This document shows, piece by piece, positions 24,201-34,900 of a stretch of 64,000 nucleotides of DNA. The stretch lies in contig NW_013657621.1 in the NCBI RefSeq assembly GCF_000142905.1, positions 1-64,000 on the forward strand, read 5' to 3'. The stretch's first letter is position 1, and each line of letters starts with the position of its first letter. Source of the DNA: Thecamonas trahens ATCC 50062 (lineage: Eukaryota; Protista; Apusomonadida). The position numbers and the translations under genes were made by a program. The notes beneath the pieces were generated by a model. It saw nothing but the letters and a program-made list of their open reading frames with translations, was not told the origin of the DNA and made no database searches.

Positions 24201-27015
24201 CGCCGGGGCGGCACGAGTCGTCTTGACTCGCGTGACGCTCTCGGACAACTCGGCCGGCGGCATCGGATCTGGTGGCGGACTCGCCGTCTCGTGCATCGCA
24301 GCAGCGAGCTGTGAGGTCACGCTCACCGACTGCCGCGTGGCCGGCAACTCGGCGGATGCTGCGGGAGGCGGCGTGATGGCGGCAGGGACGCGGGTGGTCG
24401 GGATGCTCAACGCGACGATGATCGAGTCTAATACTGCCGGCTATGGCGGCGGACTGGCGATCGTCACGGCGCCGGTGTCTGTGCCCGCACTCCTGCCAGC
24501 ATCTTCGCTGATACCCGAAGGCGTGCCGGCGTCCAAGGTGAGCGGCGCGATGCAGATAGTCGGCCCAGGGTCAGCGCTGCGCGGCAACATGGCCGTCTTT
24601 GGCGGTGCCATGCTTGTGTGCTCCGTGCCGGTCACCTTTGATGACGTCCAGCGTGCATCGCTGGACGTTTCAGGCAACTCGGCGAGCGTCGGCGGCGGCG
24701 CGGTCTTTGCCTGCCTCCCGGCCGGCTCACTAGCGGCGGGATCAGGGGCGCGGCTAGATGCGGCTGGCCTCCCATGGCTCAAGCTCTACAATCGCGCGCT
24801 TGGTGCCTTTCAGAGCGTCGAAGAGGTGTTTGGTCCGTTTGTGGATGGCAGCGCGCTCTACGGACAGGTCCTCGCCTCACCACCGCATGTCCTCGAGTGG
24901 ATGGCGTCTCGCGGTAGATACTCGCCAGTGCTGACGCAATCGTCGGGCATCGAGCTCGGCGCCACAGCTCAGATCTGGCCGATAGACGTGTTTGGTCAGG
25001 AGCTTGTTGATCCGGGCATGACGATCGAACTGGAGCTAGTGGCGCCGGGAACGGGCTTCCAGCTCTCTGGCGGCGATCGGTCCAAGCCGATGGGCAGCTC
25101 GTCGCCAGTTTCATTCGCGGACGTGACCGTGGAAGCGTTGGACGGCGACGTGCTGCGGGGCACGCCACCGGTGACAATCCACGCGCGCGTATTGCCCGCG
25201 CAGCAGAGTCCCGTGGGCGTGCTGCAAGCGAACATCTCGGCGTGTATGCCTGGATTCGGCCGGCGGTCTCCCGATGGCGCGCCGATTGTGTGTTCGATCT
25301 GTCTCGAGGGTACGTACTCGGCAGAGCTCTCCACTGCGCCATGCCTCTCGTGCGACGACGGCGCGTCCAACTTTGGCATCGGGGCCACGAGCTGTGAAGC
25401 GTGTCCGCGAGGAACGGAGCGCGACTTGTCTGTCGTCAACACAACCGACGTGACGGCCGACGGTGGCATCAACTTGCCGTGCACATGCTCGCCGGGCTTT
25501 TACTCGCCGCAACGCAAGAAGGATGTGGCGTGCGCGCCGTGTCCTACTGGCGGAGTATGCGATGGCAAGCTCAAACTCCCCTATGCGCAGCCCGGGTACT
25601 TTCCCGGGAGTGATGGCACCTTTGCCGCCTGCCTCAAGGCCGATGCCTGTCTGGGAGGAGATCCGTTCCGCTGCGCGGGTGGCTCTGAAGGCCTGCTCTG
25701 TGCCGAGTGTGTCGATGGCTACTACGTCGACGCCAGCGGTGACTGCCACAAGTGCTCTGATGCCTCGACAGTCTTCCTTGTCCTGTTTTTGCTGGCATTC
25801 CTCGCCTTTGTCTCGGCCGCCGTCTTTGCTGCGCTGCGTCAGGACAACGGCGGGAGCGCGCCTCCGGACACAGGCCTCGCACTGCACACCAGCAAGATCC
25901 CCATCAGCATCACCATCGCCATTGTGTTCTTTCAAGTAGTAGCCGTGGTCGGCGCGACCCTGTTCCGATGGCCGAGTGAGGCTCAGGCAGTGCTGCTGTG
26001 GTTCGGCATTTTTAATTTCGACTCGAGCGCGGCCTTTAACGAGTGCTCGCTCTCCTCGTACTACGCCAAGTACACGCTGGCATGCATGCTGCCTGCTGTC
26101 TTTATGCTAGCAGTCATCACTGCACTCGCGCTAATCCGCATGTGGCGGGGAGTCCAGATCAGCATCGGGCTTGCCGTCACGCGTATGATCCTGGTGGTTG
26201 GCCCGGTGGTGTACCTGACGCTCTCGCGGACAGTCCTCTCTCTCTTCGACTGCACCCAGCTCTTTGACGGCGTGTGGTCGCTCGATGCCGATCGGCGGCA
26301 CCAGTGCTACAACGCAACGTGGTGGGCAGTTGCCTGGCTTGGAGCTATCTTCGTTCTGCTCTACGTTGTCGGCATCCCGGCGTATTGTGCCTTGGTTGTG
26401 TGGCGATCGCGACGTGAGCTCTATCACCATGAGACTATGCAGGCCATCGGAGGCTTCTATCGCTCCTACCGGCGGCACTACTACTGGTTTGAGCTGGTGC
26501 AGCTTGGGCGGCGGCTGTGGATCGCATGCGCCTCGCTCTTCTTCTCGACGCTGTACTCGTTCCAGTTCCTGCTGCTCGGCGGTGTCTTCTTTGCCTCGAC
26601 GCTCGCCTTTCTCCGGCTGGAACCGTACTTTCTCCCGATGTACAACACGCTCGAGGCGCGGCTGAACGCAATCCTTGTGGGCATTCTCGTGCTGGGCATC
26701 ATGTTCCACGGCGCGATGTTCAGCGCCGGCCAGCGGACCTTCTTTACCGTTGTCATCATCCTCCTTGTCGCCGCCGCTATCGTCCTGCTCGTGGTGGTCT
26801 TTGTCCGCGAGCTCAGGCTCGTCGCCGCGCTACGCAAGGAGAAGAAGGACTCGGCAGGCGAGACCGGCGGCATTCAGCTGCACTCGATCCGTGAGCAGGA
26901 GTTCTGGGAGTTTGTCCGCCGCGAGTGCGACGACTTTGAGGATCAGGCCGTCATCGCCATCCTCCATCAGTTCGATCCTGCCCGACGCGACGACGACCGT
27001 AGTCTCGGCTTGTAG
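21223..27015 (+). CDS. Paralogous surface protein: FG-GAP repeats + Pmp-like beta-helix + Cys-rich + multi-TM domain (~1930 aa)
   Basis: Intact ORF. Signal ILAVELFIALLFAMISLQAVTA; DIDGDADFDL and DMDGDGDPDL repeats; IDCRLGSGGGLFDIREGA matches the paralogue; TM domain with LFDCT..DAD..CY, YVVGIP and YWFELVQLGRR. Confidence 0.93.
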   Translation: MACCPPYRGILAVELFIALLFAMISLQAVTAVPITCKPVPATMTPIGFVDQGNSLVTGHLDADVFPDVAVVSGLTGNLVWFRNTQSFGWSSANTISIGRLETPSYLVGYDSGGDGLLDLASASDSSTDTTLDFYRNTGGAFVHVEVVPPGTSPYARFTYLVMADFTGNTLADIAVVDSEAATPTIVHFVQTALDTFAAGASIIPSAALLDKPGAMAVADIDGDADFDLVVASHHSAPGSVYWLENGGGGSFVDTVHPIAFNYPLLDESRTIGVADFDRDDLKDVVLASRNNIMLWIRGASANGTAWDPPRFITDAHLDAPSQIVIGDMDGDGDPDLAVAARGNNVATWLGNRYDGGAGDIESMWEEPRTISECNTCQTVGLMDFNIDGKLDVVVADRAKDKLLLARNSPLDVFGNTLMDLSTDSPETMESHDFDGDGDQDYLVSSASTNTVKWIENTDGLGGTFTTRVLDTTLTGVSRAAAADLDLDGDIDILAVSPSLYKVVYGLNAGVNLFADVAAAGWTGTALHVPGLAVSLIVPVDIDADGDVDLVGSSPTELFYLTNQLIEWGNKTIGFLPRNVIDTFVQLVQFEVAPMNVDVWPDIVTADKTTGAVHIYLGSASGSFTAGLSVAASTEADPVSLIYAVALIDADRDGDLDIACAAAAEGFVLLINSGDAVFDSSVAGRTNFSTAVAKDVDVGMMVADYNGDSIDDLIYRGRLEPGVLGFFEGVGDGSFVTQLVDGSFEISLSTGVDFNQDGAIDGVAEYLGTMGWFRGTTLFRVLDAVSPKKMILSLAKLGSTLARLSYYIGLASGCATDTIVLPPHAALYGCFDTGPYPLYKSMVIDGNGATIDCRLGSGGGLFDIREGAIVTLRNMTIIGARATKSSPNGPAGLRVTGSGSMLVLEDVVVSHGSALPIAGAVFQLNRGIGGGVLVETGGSLVARRCKFENNVASAGGGGVAAVGSDVAIEMEDVILTGNAVASGSGGGILLQSNAAGAARVVLTRVTLSDNSAGGIGSGGGLAVSCIAAASCEVTLTDCRVAGNSADAAGGGVMAAGTRVVGMLNATMIESNTAGYGGGLAIVTAPVSVPALLPASSLIPEGVPASKVSGAMQIVGPGSALRGNMAVFGGAMLVCSVPVTFDDVQRASLDVSGNSASVGGGAVFACLPAGSLAAGSGARLDAAGLPWLKLYNRALGAFQSVEEVFGPFVDGSALYGQVLASPPHVLEWMASRGRYSPVLTQSSGIELGATAQIWPIDVFGQELVDPGMTIELELVAPGTGFQLSGGDRSKPMGSSSPVSFADVTVEALDGDVLRGTPPVTIHARVLPAQQSPVGVLQANISACMPGFGRRSPDGAPIVCSICLEGTYSAELSTAPCLSCDDGASNFGIGATSCEACPRGTERDLSVVNTTDVTADGGINLPCTCSPGFYSPQRKKDVACAPCPTGGVCDGKLKLPYAQPGYFPGSDGTFAACLKADACLGGDPFRCAGGSEGLLCAECVDGYYVDASGDCHKCSDASTVFLVLFLLAFLAFVSAAVFAALRQDNGGSAPPDTGLALHTSKIPISITIAIVFFQVVAVVGATLFRWPSEAQAVLLWFGIFNFDSSAAFNECSLSSYYAKYTLACMLPAVFMLAVITALALIRMWRGVQISIGLAVTRMILVVGPVVYLTLSRTVLSLFDCTQLFDGVWSLDADRRHQCYNATWWAVAWLGAIFVLLYVVGIPAYCALVVWRSRRELYHHETMQAIGGFYRSYRRHYYWFELVQLGRRLWIACASLFFSTLYSFQFLLLGGVFFASTLAFLRLEPYFLPMYNTLEARLNAILVGILVLGIMFHGAMFSAGQRTFFTVVIILLVAAAIVLLVVVFVRELRLVAALRKEKKDSAGETGGIQLHSIREQEFWEFVRRECDDFEDQAVIAILHQFDPARRDDDRSLGL
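26484..26713 (+). repeat. 230-bp inverted repeat, copy 2 (partner 15212-15441)
   Basis: Encodes WFELVQLGRR...GIMFHG identically in both paralogues. Confidence 0.92.
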
Positions 27016-27693
27016 CATGACGGCCGACTCGGATGGCAGCAATAACGCTACGATCTGCTCGCAGTAGTGGCGACAAGGAGCTGGCCGCCCGAGCCGATCG
27101 AGACGAGCGCCAGCAAGTCGCTCTCCCACGATTCAATGCATAGCCGGTGCCAAAAAACGGTGAGCTGTGGCCATGGCTAGTCCCGGTGGGCCGCGGAAGG
27201 CGTGGATAAAAACACTTTTGTCTCGGCAGTTGCCAAACCATCACTGTCGTCACCTACAATGATTACACGTGAACATAGGTGCAGAAAGCGAAATCGACCG
27301 CATGCAACTGTGCTATATGGCTTGTTACACGCTGCATGTGTTGCCAGGATGTATGGCTTGCTCGTATTCTCGGTGTGGCGTCCGACGTGGCAACCATCGT
27401 CTCCGCCAACTGTAAAAATGACTGATCCACCATCGACCCGTCGTCGACTCACACGCTGCAACCATGACTGGCGGACAAGCCTGCCGGCGTCTATCTTCTC
27501 CCCATCCAAGCCCTTCCTCAGTGTACAAGCACCGATCTTGAGCCCATAGACTCTATGCTTGTGCTATCGCGGGCTTTGACTCGTCTGCAAGCGTCTCGGC
27601 GCAACTGAGTGTGTCGGTGAGCCCGGGAACGGTGCTTGCAGGTTGCTCCACGTTGAGCAAGAGGGTACAAGATGTGTTTGTGACGGTTGTATG

Positions 27694-29280
27694 CTACGCT
27701 GCCCGGAGGCGGGTGACGGTGGTGTCGATCCAGGTGGTAAAGTTCGGATCGGTCTCGGCGTCAAAGAGAAGCCGCTGGCGGAAGAAAGGCGCCAGCTGCG
27801 AGTTCAGGATCTGGCCGCGGTAAAACTTGGTTGCGGCGCCCGATCCAGGAGAGGCCCCTGCCTCGTGCTCGATCTTGCGAGTGGTGAAGCCGCGGTGCTC
27901 TGCCCAAGCCTCACACACCAAGCGGGCAAGAGTCGAGGCTGGCACACCGGCAGGGATGATCGTGTTGACCGTCATGGTGTTGCAAGCTACAACGTGGGCC
28001 GGAAGCGCCGCCGGGGTCTGAATGAGCGAAGCCCGGGTGTTGGCGTTGATCCGGGCCTGGAGCTCGTCGCGCTCGGTCTCCAGCTCATCGCGCTCGGTCT
28101 CGAGCTCGTCGCGCTCGGCGACAGCCTCGTCTCGCTCGGTCTCGAGCTCATCGCGCTCGGCCTGGAGCTCGTCTCGCTCGGTCTCCAGCTCATCGCGCTC
28201 GGCCTGGAGCTCGTCTCGCTCGGTCTCGAGCTCATCGCGCTCGGCCTGGAGCTCGTCTCGCTCGGTCTCGAGCTCATCGCGCTCGGCCTGGAGCTCGTCT
28301 CGCTCGGTCTCCAGCTCATCGCGCTCGGCGACAGCCTCGTCGCGCTCGGTCTCGAGCTCATCATGCTCGGCGACAGCCTCGTCTCGCTCGGTCTCCAGCT
28401 CATCGCGCTCGGCGACAGCCTCGTCGCGCTCGGTCTCCAGCTCATCACGCTCGGCGACAGCCTCGTCGCGCTCGGTCTCCAGCTCATCGCGCTCGGCCTG
28501 GAGCTCGTCGCGCTCGGTCTCGAGCTCATCACGCTCGGCGACAGCCTCGTCGCGCTCGGTCTCCAGCTCATCGCGCTCGGCCTGGAGCTCGTCGCGCTCG
28601 GTCTCCAGCTCATCACGCTCGGCGACAGCCTCGTCGCGCTCGGTCTCCAGCTCATCGCGCTCGGCCTGGAGCTCGTCGCGCTCGGTCTCCAGCTCATCAC
28701 GCTCGGCGACAGCCTCGTCGCGCTCGGTCTCCAGCTCATCGTGCTCGGCCTGGAGCTCGTCGCGCTCGGTCTCCAGCTCATCACGCTCGGCGACAGCCTC
28801 GTCTCGCTCGGTCTCGAGCTCATCGCGCTCGGCGACAGCCTCGTCGCGCTCGGTCTCGAGCTCATCGCGCTCGACCTGGAGCTCGTCTCGCTCGGTCTCG
28901 AGCTCATCGCGCTCGGCAACAGCCTCGTCGCGCTCAGCCTCGATCTGGCTACGAATCACGGCGCACTCGCCACACGCCGGGGTAGCCGCCAGGCTCCGGA
29001 TGCCCGCCTCGACCTTGGCCATCATCTCGCCCATCCGCACCGATCGCTCGTCATCAAGCACAATCTGCAGCTTGCCGGCCAGCTCCTCGCTTGGGGTAGA
29101 GGACAGATGGCTGAGCAGAGTGGCAATGAGCGACACAACTGCCGCAGCCCGCCCGTCGCTCTCGCGGTCGAGCACCTGCGCGATCTTGTGCCCAATGTCA
29201 ACGGCAGCCATGAGCTTGTTGCCCTCCTTCACCAGGGTCGCGACAAGCGCAATCGTAGGGTTCTCAGCATGAATCTCCAT
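27694..29280 (-). CDS. Coiled-coil protein with ~42 heptads (AERDELE/TERDELQ/TERDEAV), 528 aa
   Basis: ATG-initiated ORF with non-repetitive N- and C-terminal domains flanking a charged heptad array. Confidence 0.8.
   Translation of the reverse strand: MEIHAENPTIALVATLVKEGNKLMAAVDIGHKIAQVLDRESDGRAAAVVSLIATLLSHLSSTPSEELAGKLQIVLDDERSVRMGEMMAKVEAGIRSLAATPACGECAVIRSQIEAERDEAVAERDELETERDELQVERDELETERDEAVAERDELETERDEAVAERDELETERDELQAEHDELETERDEAVAERDELETERDELQAERDELETERDEAVAERDELETERDELQAERDELETERDEAVAERDELETERDELQAERDELETERDEAVAERDELETERDEAVAERDELETERDEAVAEHDELETERDEAVAERDELETERDELQAERDELETERDELQAERDELETERDELQAERDELETERDELQAERDELETERDEAVAERDELETERDELETERDELQARINANTRASLIQTPAALPAHVVACNTMTVNTIIPAGVPASTLARLVCEAWAEHRGFTTRKIEHEAGASPGSGAATKFYRGQILNSQLAPFFRQRLLFDAETDPNFTTWIDTTVTRLRAA
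28053..28938 (-). repeat. 21/42-bp coding minisatellite
   Basis: Tandem GCCGAGCGCGATGAGCTCGAG ACCGAG... units in two 14-aa variants. Confidence 0.95.
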
Positions 29281-29686
29281 GATGCAAGATGTTCAGGGAG
29301 AAGTAGGGTGTCTGCCTCCCCTCTGCTTGTCCTCTCCACCCAAAACGTCCGGGTTTTATGCCCGCCGCAAAGGAAGTGCGCTCGGAGCGAGAAAAAGCGC
29401 AAAAGTGCAAAAGTGTGCCGCTCGTCCGAGTTGCGCAACACCACCGCCAAGCACAAGGCCATTACCTTGTCATGTGCGCAAACTCACGGTTTTCATACCC
29501 ATCCCACATCGCTGCACTCTTTCCTCTGCGAGAGAAAGGGCCGCGGACTATCCCTTGCAGCTACAAGCAACCACAGCCGCACATGCTGCCTCGTCCGCAC
29601 TCATCCGCACTCTTCCGTCACGAGCGGGCATTATCACACAACAGTCGACCTCTCGGTCAACACAGGTACGTACAGCAGCAGCATAA

Positions 29687-31576
29687 TTGCGGTCAACGCC
29701 GACACAACCAAATCACTTGAAAACCACGGAGTGTTTGTTGCAGACAAACGGAATTGAAACAAACCGGCCAGCAACATGTCCAGGCGGCGATCGCTTTTGG
29801 TCCCAGCCCGGATACTGGAATGCCGACGACGACACGCCGCCGTCGCGCTGCCCCGTGGCCTCGGACTGCCCTGGCTACACGGCGAGCGGGCCATCGGTCC
29901 CTCCTGGATCCAACGCAGGCGTAGATGATGGGAGCTCAGGCTCGAGCGGCTTTGGCTCTTCGGCCAACCATGCGTCTTGTGTTGATGGCCGCACTGGCTT
30001 TGGCTGCACGGCCTGCGCCGAGGACTACCACATCTCCGCCACAGGCATCTGCATCGCCTGCGAGTCGGCGGCTGGCCGGATGATCTTCATCATCCTCCTC
30101 CTCATTTTCTGCCTCATTGCTGCGCTCGTCCTCGCCTGTGCCTCACGACGGACCGCTGGCCTCTTTGTCTCCTTCATCATGGCCATCCAGCTCGTCGCCC
30201 TCGTCCTCCGCTACTTCCTCACCCTCACCGCCGACGCATCGTCCGCCGCCGCCCGCGCCATTCGCTGGTCCGGTATCATCCTCTTCGATCCCGAGGTCTT
30301 TGCCGCCGGCTGCACCCAGCGCTGGTCCGGGCCATACTTTGTCTACCTCTACATCATCCTCGTTGTCATTGTCGCCATCATGCTCCTCATTGGCATGCTC
30401 ATCGCCATCGTCCGCCATGCCCGCCTCGCCAACCGCCCTGCCACCGACGACCTCGAGATCTCCGTTCCCATCTGGGTCCTCGGCGACTCGGAGCTCTCGG
30501 TAACGGGCAGCATCTCGGCCTCGACCTCGCTGCTCTTCCGCCAGGACACCTCCACCACCACCCTCGCCCGCCAGGACACCGCCGGCTCGGCCATCGTCCG
30601 CTACAACTCGTCCGACTCGAACCCGGGCACCCCGCGATCGAACCCGGGCACCCCGCGATCGAACCCGGGCACCCCGCGATCGAACCCGGGCACCCCGCGA
30701 TCGAACCCGGGCACCCCGCGATCGCGCTCGCGCCCGTCGTTGTCGTCCTCTTCCTCGCGCAGCGCCTCCGAGTCCGACACCATGGTCTCGATGTGGAGCG
30801 TTGATATGCCCAACACCGTCTCGCGCCGGTCGTGGATCGGCTACGCACTTGCCTTTATGGCCTCTCTCTTCTACACGCCCGTCACCTACCGGACCCTTGC
30901 CGGCCTCGGCTGCTCCACCTTTGACGATGGTATCTCGCGGCTTGATCACGAGATCGCCACAAAGTGTTACGACGGCTCGCACTGGTTCGCTGCCGTCTTC
31001 CTCTTCTGGCCCATTGTCGTCGTCTATGTTGCCGGCCTCCCGCTTGCTACCCTCGTCCGCGGCATCGGCGTCTACCGCACCGGCCGCGCCATCGCCTCAA
31101 AGCTCCCAGCAGACGCCATGCGGTACAACATCTTCCTTGTCCGCGGCGCGTTCCGCTTCCTCTTTACCGGCTACTTTACATCGTACTCGTGCGCCGGCGC
31201 CGTCCCCTTCTTCCTCGTCCTCGCCATCTCCGCCGTCGCCGCCATGGTCAAGGACAACCTTAGCTTGGAGGTCATCGCCACCGCCCTCACCACCAGCATC
31301 GCTCTCGGGCTCACCGCCTGGACCGCCATCTCACGCTGGCGCGCCGCAGCATCGGCTGTCTCGGCCGTCGCCATCATCCTTGTCATCCTCATCGTCACCG
31401 TCAACGATGCCTCGCCGGCCGCCGTCTCTATCTCGGTCATCGCCCTCGTTCTTGCCGTCCTCATCGCCATCCGCATCGCCTACTCTCGCACCTCACAGAC
31501 AGAGTCCTCCCGCCCACAATCCGATCCGGCCACCTACGACTCGGCCCATCCCCATGGCCGTCCTGCCGCCCGCTAG
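29687..31576 (+). CDS. Cys-rich + multi-TM protein, paralogous to the C-terminal half of the next gene; 5' end uncertain
   Basis: CPGGDRFWSQPGYW..CPVASDCPG parallels CPGGDRFFPLPGFW..CPVPSECPG; LFDPEV parallels LFQPEA; RRSWIGYALAFMASLFYTPV parallels RRSHAIVHAFLLVWASFFTPV. A possible 78-nt GT-AG intron at 29666-29743 would extend it upstream in frame. Confidence 0.8.
   Translation: MRSTPTQPNHLKTTECLLQTNGIETNRPATCPGGDRFWSQPGYWNADDDTPPSRCPVASDCPGYTASGPSVPPGSNAGVDDGSSGSSGFGSSANHASCVDGRTGFGCTACAEDYHISATGICIACESAAGRMIFIILLLIFCLIAALVLACASRRTAGLFVSFIMAIQLVALVLRYFLTLTADASSAAARAIRWSGIILFDPEVFAAGCTQRWSGPYFVYLYIILVVIVAIMLLIGMLIAIVRHARLANRPATDDLEISVPIWVLGDSELSVTGSISASTSLLFRQDTSTTTLARQDTAGSAIVRYNSSDSNPGTPRSNPGTPRSNPGTPRSNPGTPRSNPGTPRSRSRPSLSSSSSRSASESDTMVSMWSVDMPNTVSRRSWIGYALAFMASLFYTPVTYRTLAGLGCSTFDDGISRLDHEIATKCYDGSHWFAAVFLFWPIVVVYVAGLPLATLVRGIGVYRTGRAIASKLPADAMRYNIFLVRGAFRFLFTGYFTSYSCAGAVPFFLVLAISAVAAMVKDNLSLEVIATALTTSIALGLTAWTAISRWRAAASAVSAVAIILVILIVTVNDASPAAVSISVIALVLAVLIAIRIAYSRTSQTESSRPQSDPATYDSAHPHGRPAAR
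30617..30724 (+). repeat. Five perfect 21-bp repeats encoding (SNPGTPR)5
   Basis: TCGAACCCGGGCACCCCGCGA x5. Confidence 0.97.
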
Positions 31577-31636
31577 CGCGGCTGCCGCAGCTGGCAGCTC
31601 AAAATCAAAATCACCTTACCTGTCAAACGCACGCCA

Positions 31637-31638
31637 CA

Positions 31639-31733
<95 letters not shown>

Positions 31734-31740
31734 TACACAC
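31637..31740 (+). repeat. (CA)n microsatellite
   Basis: About 100 bp of CA repeat, ~60 bp after the stop codon at 31576. Confidence 0.98.
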
Positions 31741-31976
31741 ACTACTGTTCTCTCCACCCACCCTCTTCATCCATCCCTCCATGCCCCGCCCTCATCTTCT
31801 CCGTCCCACCCGTGCCAGGATTCCACAGAATATTTACACCACGTGTCGTGAGCCAATTTAACTGCCTTCCGCCTCACCCGCACCGAACAAGCCCGCACTC
31901 AAGGAACATTCGCACACGGACACCCTGTGCAACACCTCTCTGTCGGACTCACTCATCCATAACCATACCCCTCATC

Positions 31977-34900
31977 ATGAGCACACATGCATGGGTGGTC
32001 CGCTTGATGATGATGATGCTCATACTGGTCGCCGCAATGGTTGAGATGTCGACCAGTTGCGGAACAGGCGAAATAACGTTTGGCGAAATAATCGAGTGGG
32101 ACAATACCACGGTGACGTACCCCGTCGCCTCGCGCTCAGGCACCTCGGCTGTTCTTCTTGGCGATGTCAATGGCGATGGCATCGGTGACGCTGCCTTTGG
32201 CTCGCCGCTCGCTGACCTCTCAGATGGCTCGGCCACCATCGTCTTCCTCAACATCGATGGCTCGGCCAACTCGTCCGTCGTCCTCTCGCGGGATACGCCG
32301 GCGCTGACGACGACTCTCTCCACTCAGGCCGGCCAGTTTGGTACTGCTCTTGGTGGCCCGGGCGATCTCAACGGCGACGGTGTGCCTGATCTCCTCGTCG
32401 GCGCGCCCGTCCTGGGAGGCACCGGCACCGTCGTCGTCATCTTCCTCAACGCCGACGCCTCGGTCGGCTCGGTCTCGCTCATCGCCAACAACAACGGCCT
32501 AGGCCTTGCTACCCTTGTCGCCGGCGAGCTGTTTGGCTCGGGCATCGGCATCATCGAGGGTGTGAGCTCGGTCAACTACGCCACGCACACCATGGTCGGC
32601 ATCGGTCTGGCAGCCGGCCAGGACCGGGTGACGACCCAGGTCTACGGCTCGATGCTCATCGCCACCCTCTCGCGGACGGACGGCTCGGTCACAGCCTTTA
32701 CCCTCATTGACCACTCGCAATCGGGCATGAGCGCCGTGACGCTTGGCTCGGGCTTTGGCTCGTCCATCGCTGCCGGCGACGTCCGCGGGTCGGGCAGCCC
32801 GATGCTCGCCGTCGGCGCGCCGCTGTATGACTCTGCCCGCGGACGGGTCTTTCTCGTCGACATGGACTGGGCCACTCCAGCAGCCGTGAGCATGATTGTT
32901 GTCGAGGAGGGCGCTATCGGCTGGAACCCAAGCCCTACCCTCGGCTCGTTGGCCCAGATCGGGACAGGCGTGGCGCTGGCTGACCTCAACGCCGACGGCT
33001 GCGTTGATCTGGCGGTCGGCGCGCCGGGCGCCGAGGAGCTTGGGCCCAACTACGGCGTCCTCGGCATTCTGCTCCTCAACAGCAGTCCGACATCCATCGC
33101 TGTCGAGAGCTTCACCCGCATCTCGTACTCGGCCAATCCGGCCCTGCAGTCGACCGTCTCCGTCGGCGCCGAGCTCGGCTACGCTGTCGCCACGGGCAAC
33201 CTTAACGGCGCCGGCTGTCCGGACGTCATCTTCTCCGGCCCTGCATCCAACAAGGACGCGGGCCATGTCTGGGTGGCAGCCTGTGAGCATGTTGTTCCCT
33301 CCCCGCCGCCGCCGCCGCCATCGCCGCCACCGCCACCCTCTCCACCGCCGCCGCCGCCGCCGCCATCGCCGCCGCCGCCGCCCTCTCCGCCGCCGCCGCC
33401 ATCGCCGCCATCGCCGCCGCCGCCACCATCGCCGCCGCCGCCACCATCGCCGCCGCCGCCACCATCGCCGCCGCCGCCGCCATCCCCACCTCCACCTCCC
33501 TCTCCGCCGCCACCTCCATCGCCACCTCCACCTTCCTCTCCGCCGCCTCCGACTGGATCGCCGCCATCGCCGCCATCCCCTCCTCCGCCGCCATCACCGC
33601 CGCCATCGCCGCCACCATCGCCGCCACCCTCTCCTCCCCCTCCCTCTCCTCCTCCTCCGCCACCGCCACCATCGCCGCCGCCACCACCGCCGCCTTCCCC
33701 GCCGCCGCCTCCTTCCCCGCCGCCGCCACCTCCTTCCCCACCATCACCGTCGCCGCCGCCATCACCGCCGCCGCCGCCTCCTTCACCGCCGCCGCCGCCG
33801 CCATCACCGCCGCCGCCGCCTCCTCCCCCGCCGCCGACGTCGTACACCAACATCACTACGCCAATCATCTGGATCCACACGCCAACCACCTCGCGCCTAG
33901 CCGGAGGCGTCGGCATGGAGCTCTCCACCACACAAGATCAAGCTCCTCAGCTCGACCTCCTCGCTGCGCGCGACGTCTCCCTCTTCGTCGAGACAACCTC
34001 GTCAGCCAGCCCGGACTCGGCCGCCTTTGTCCTGGTGCCCATCACCATCACCGGCGCTCGATCGCTCACCTTTACCTCTCCCGTCACTGCGCGCGTCGGT
34101 TACGCTCACATGCGACTGGCTGTCACAGCATCGTCGACCAGCAGTCGGGCGGCGACGAGGTTGGCGGCCCGTGACGCGGGCGATGGCGCCACCGTCATGT
34201 ACTGGATCACCTACTCGCTGTACTACCTCGAGTCCGAGTGCATCGCCGAGGGCTATGTCCTCTACAACGGCGCATGCACCGCATGTGATGATGCTTTCCC
34301 CGGCGCTTACTGTCCCGGTGGCGATCGCTTCTTCCCGCTCCCGGGCTTCTGGTCTTCATCGACGTCGTCCCCGCCCGTCGCCTGCCCCGTCCCGTCCGAA
34401 TGCCCGGGCACTCCGCGGCATCGGCCCTCCGCGCCTCCATCCACAGCATCCGACAACCCAGTAGACATGCCATCAGGCTTGTTCAGGTGCCGTCCTTCTC
34501 GCTCTGGCCCGCACTGCCTCTCCTGTGCTGATGGCTTCTTCATGTCCGACTACGGCAAGTGTATCACCTGCGACACGCCCGACGCCGTCTCGGCCATCAT
34601 CCTCTGGCTCGCTGTCATCATCCTGGTCATCACTGTCATTGTCTTTGCCGCATGCTGCTCTGTCACCTCCGGTGCCGTCTTTGTCGTCGCTCTCATGGCC
34701 GCCCAGGCTGTCGCCCTTGTCTTCCGCTACATCGTCGCTCTCTCCATCGATCACGCCGACACCTCGTGGCGTCCCACCGCCGCCCTCTGGGCCGCTGTCG
34801 TTCTCTTCCAGCCTGAAGCCCTTCGCCTTGGCTGCCACCTATCCGCAGATCCGCCCTACTTTACCGAGAGCTACATCCGTCTCGTCCTCCTCGCCGCCAT

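Noticed and set aside
27643-29757. 704-aa plus-strand Leu-rich ORF (LGLELIA)n, and Ser/Arg-rich ORFs in other frames
   Set aside because: Alternative frames of the minisatellite. The minus-strand frame gives a coherent coiled-coil protein with an ATG start.
30801-31976. N-terminal extension of the 1494-aa ORF
   Set aside because: It overlaps the 29687 gene out of frame and reads through a CA microsatellite. The signal peptide begins at ATG 31977.
31977-33290. Bona fide integrin alpha subunit
   Set aside because: No thigh/calf domains, no single-TM plus GFFKR tail; a polyproline stalk and multi-TM domain follow instead.
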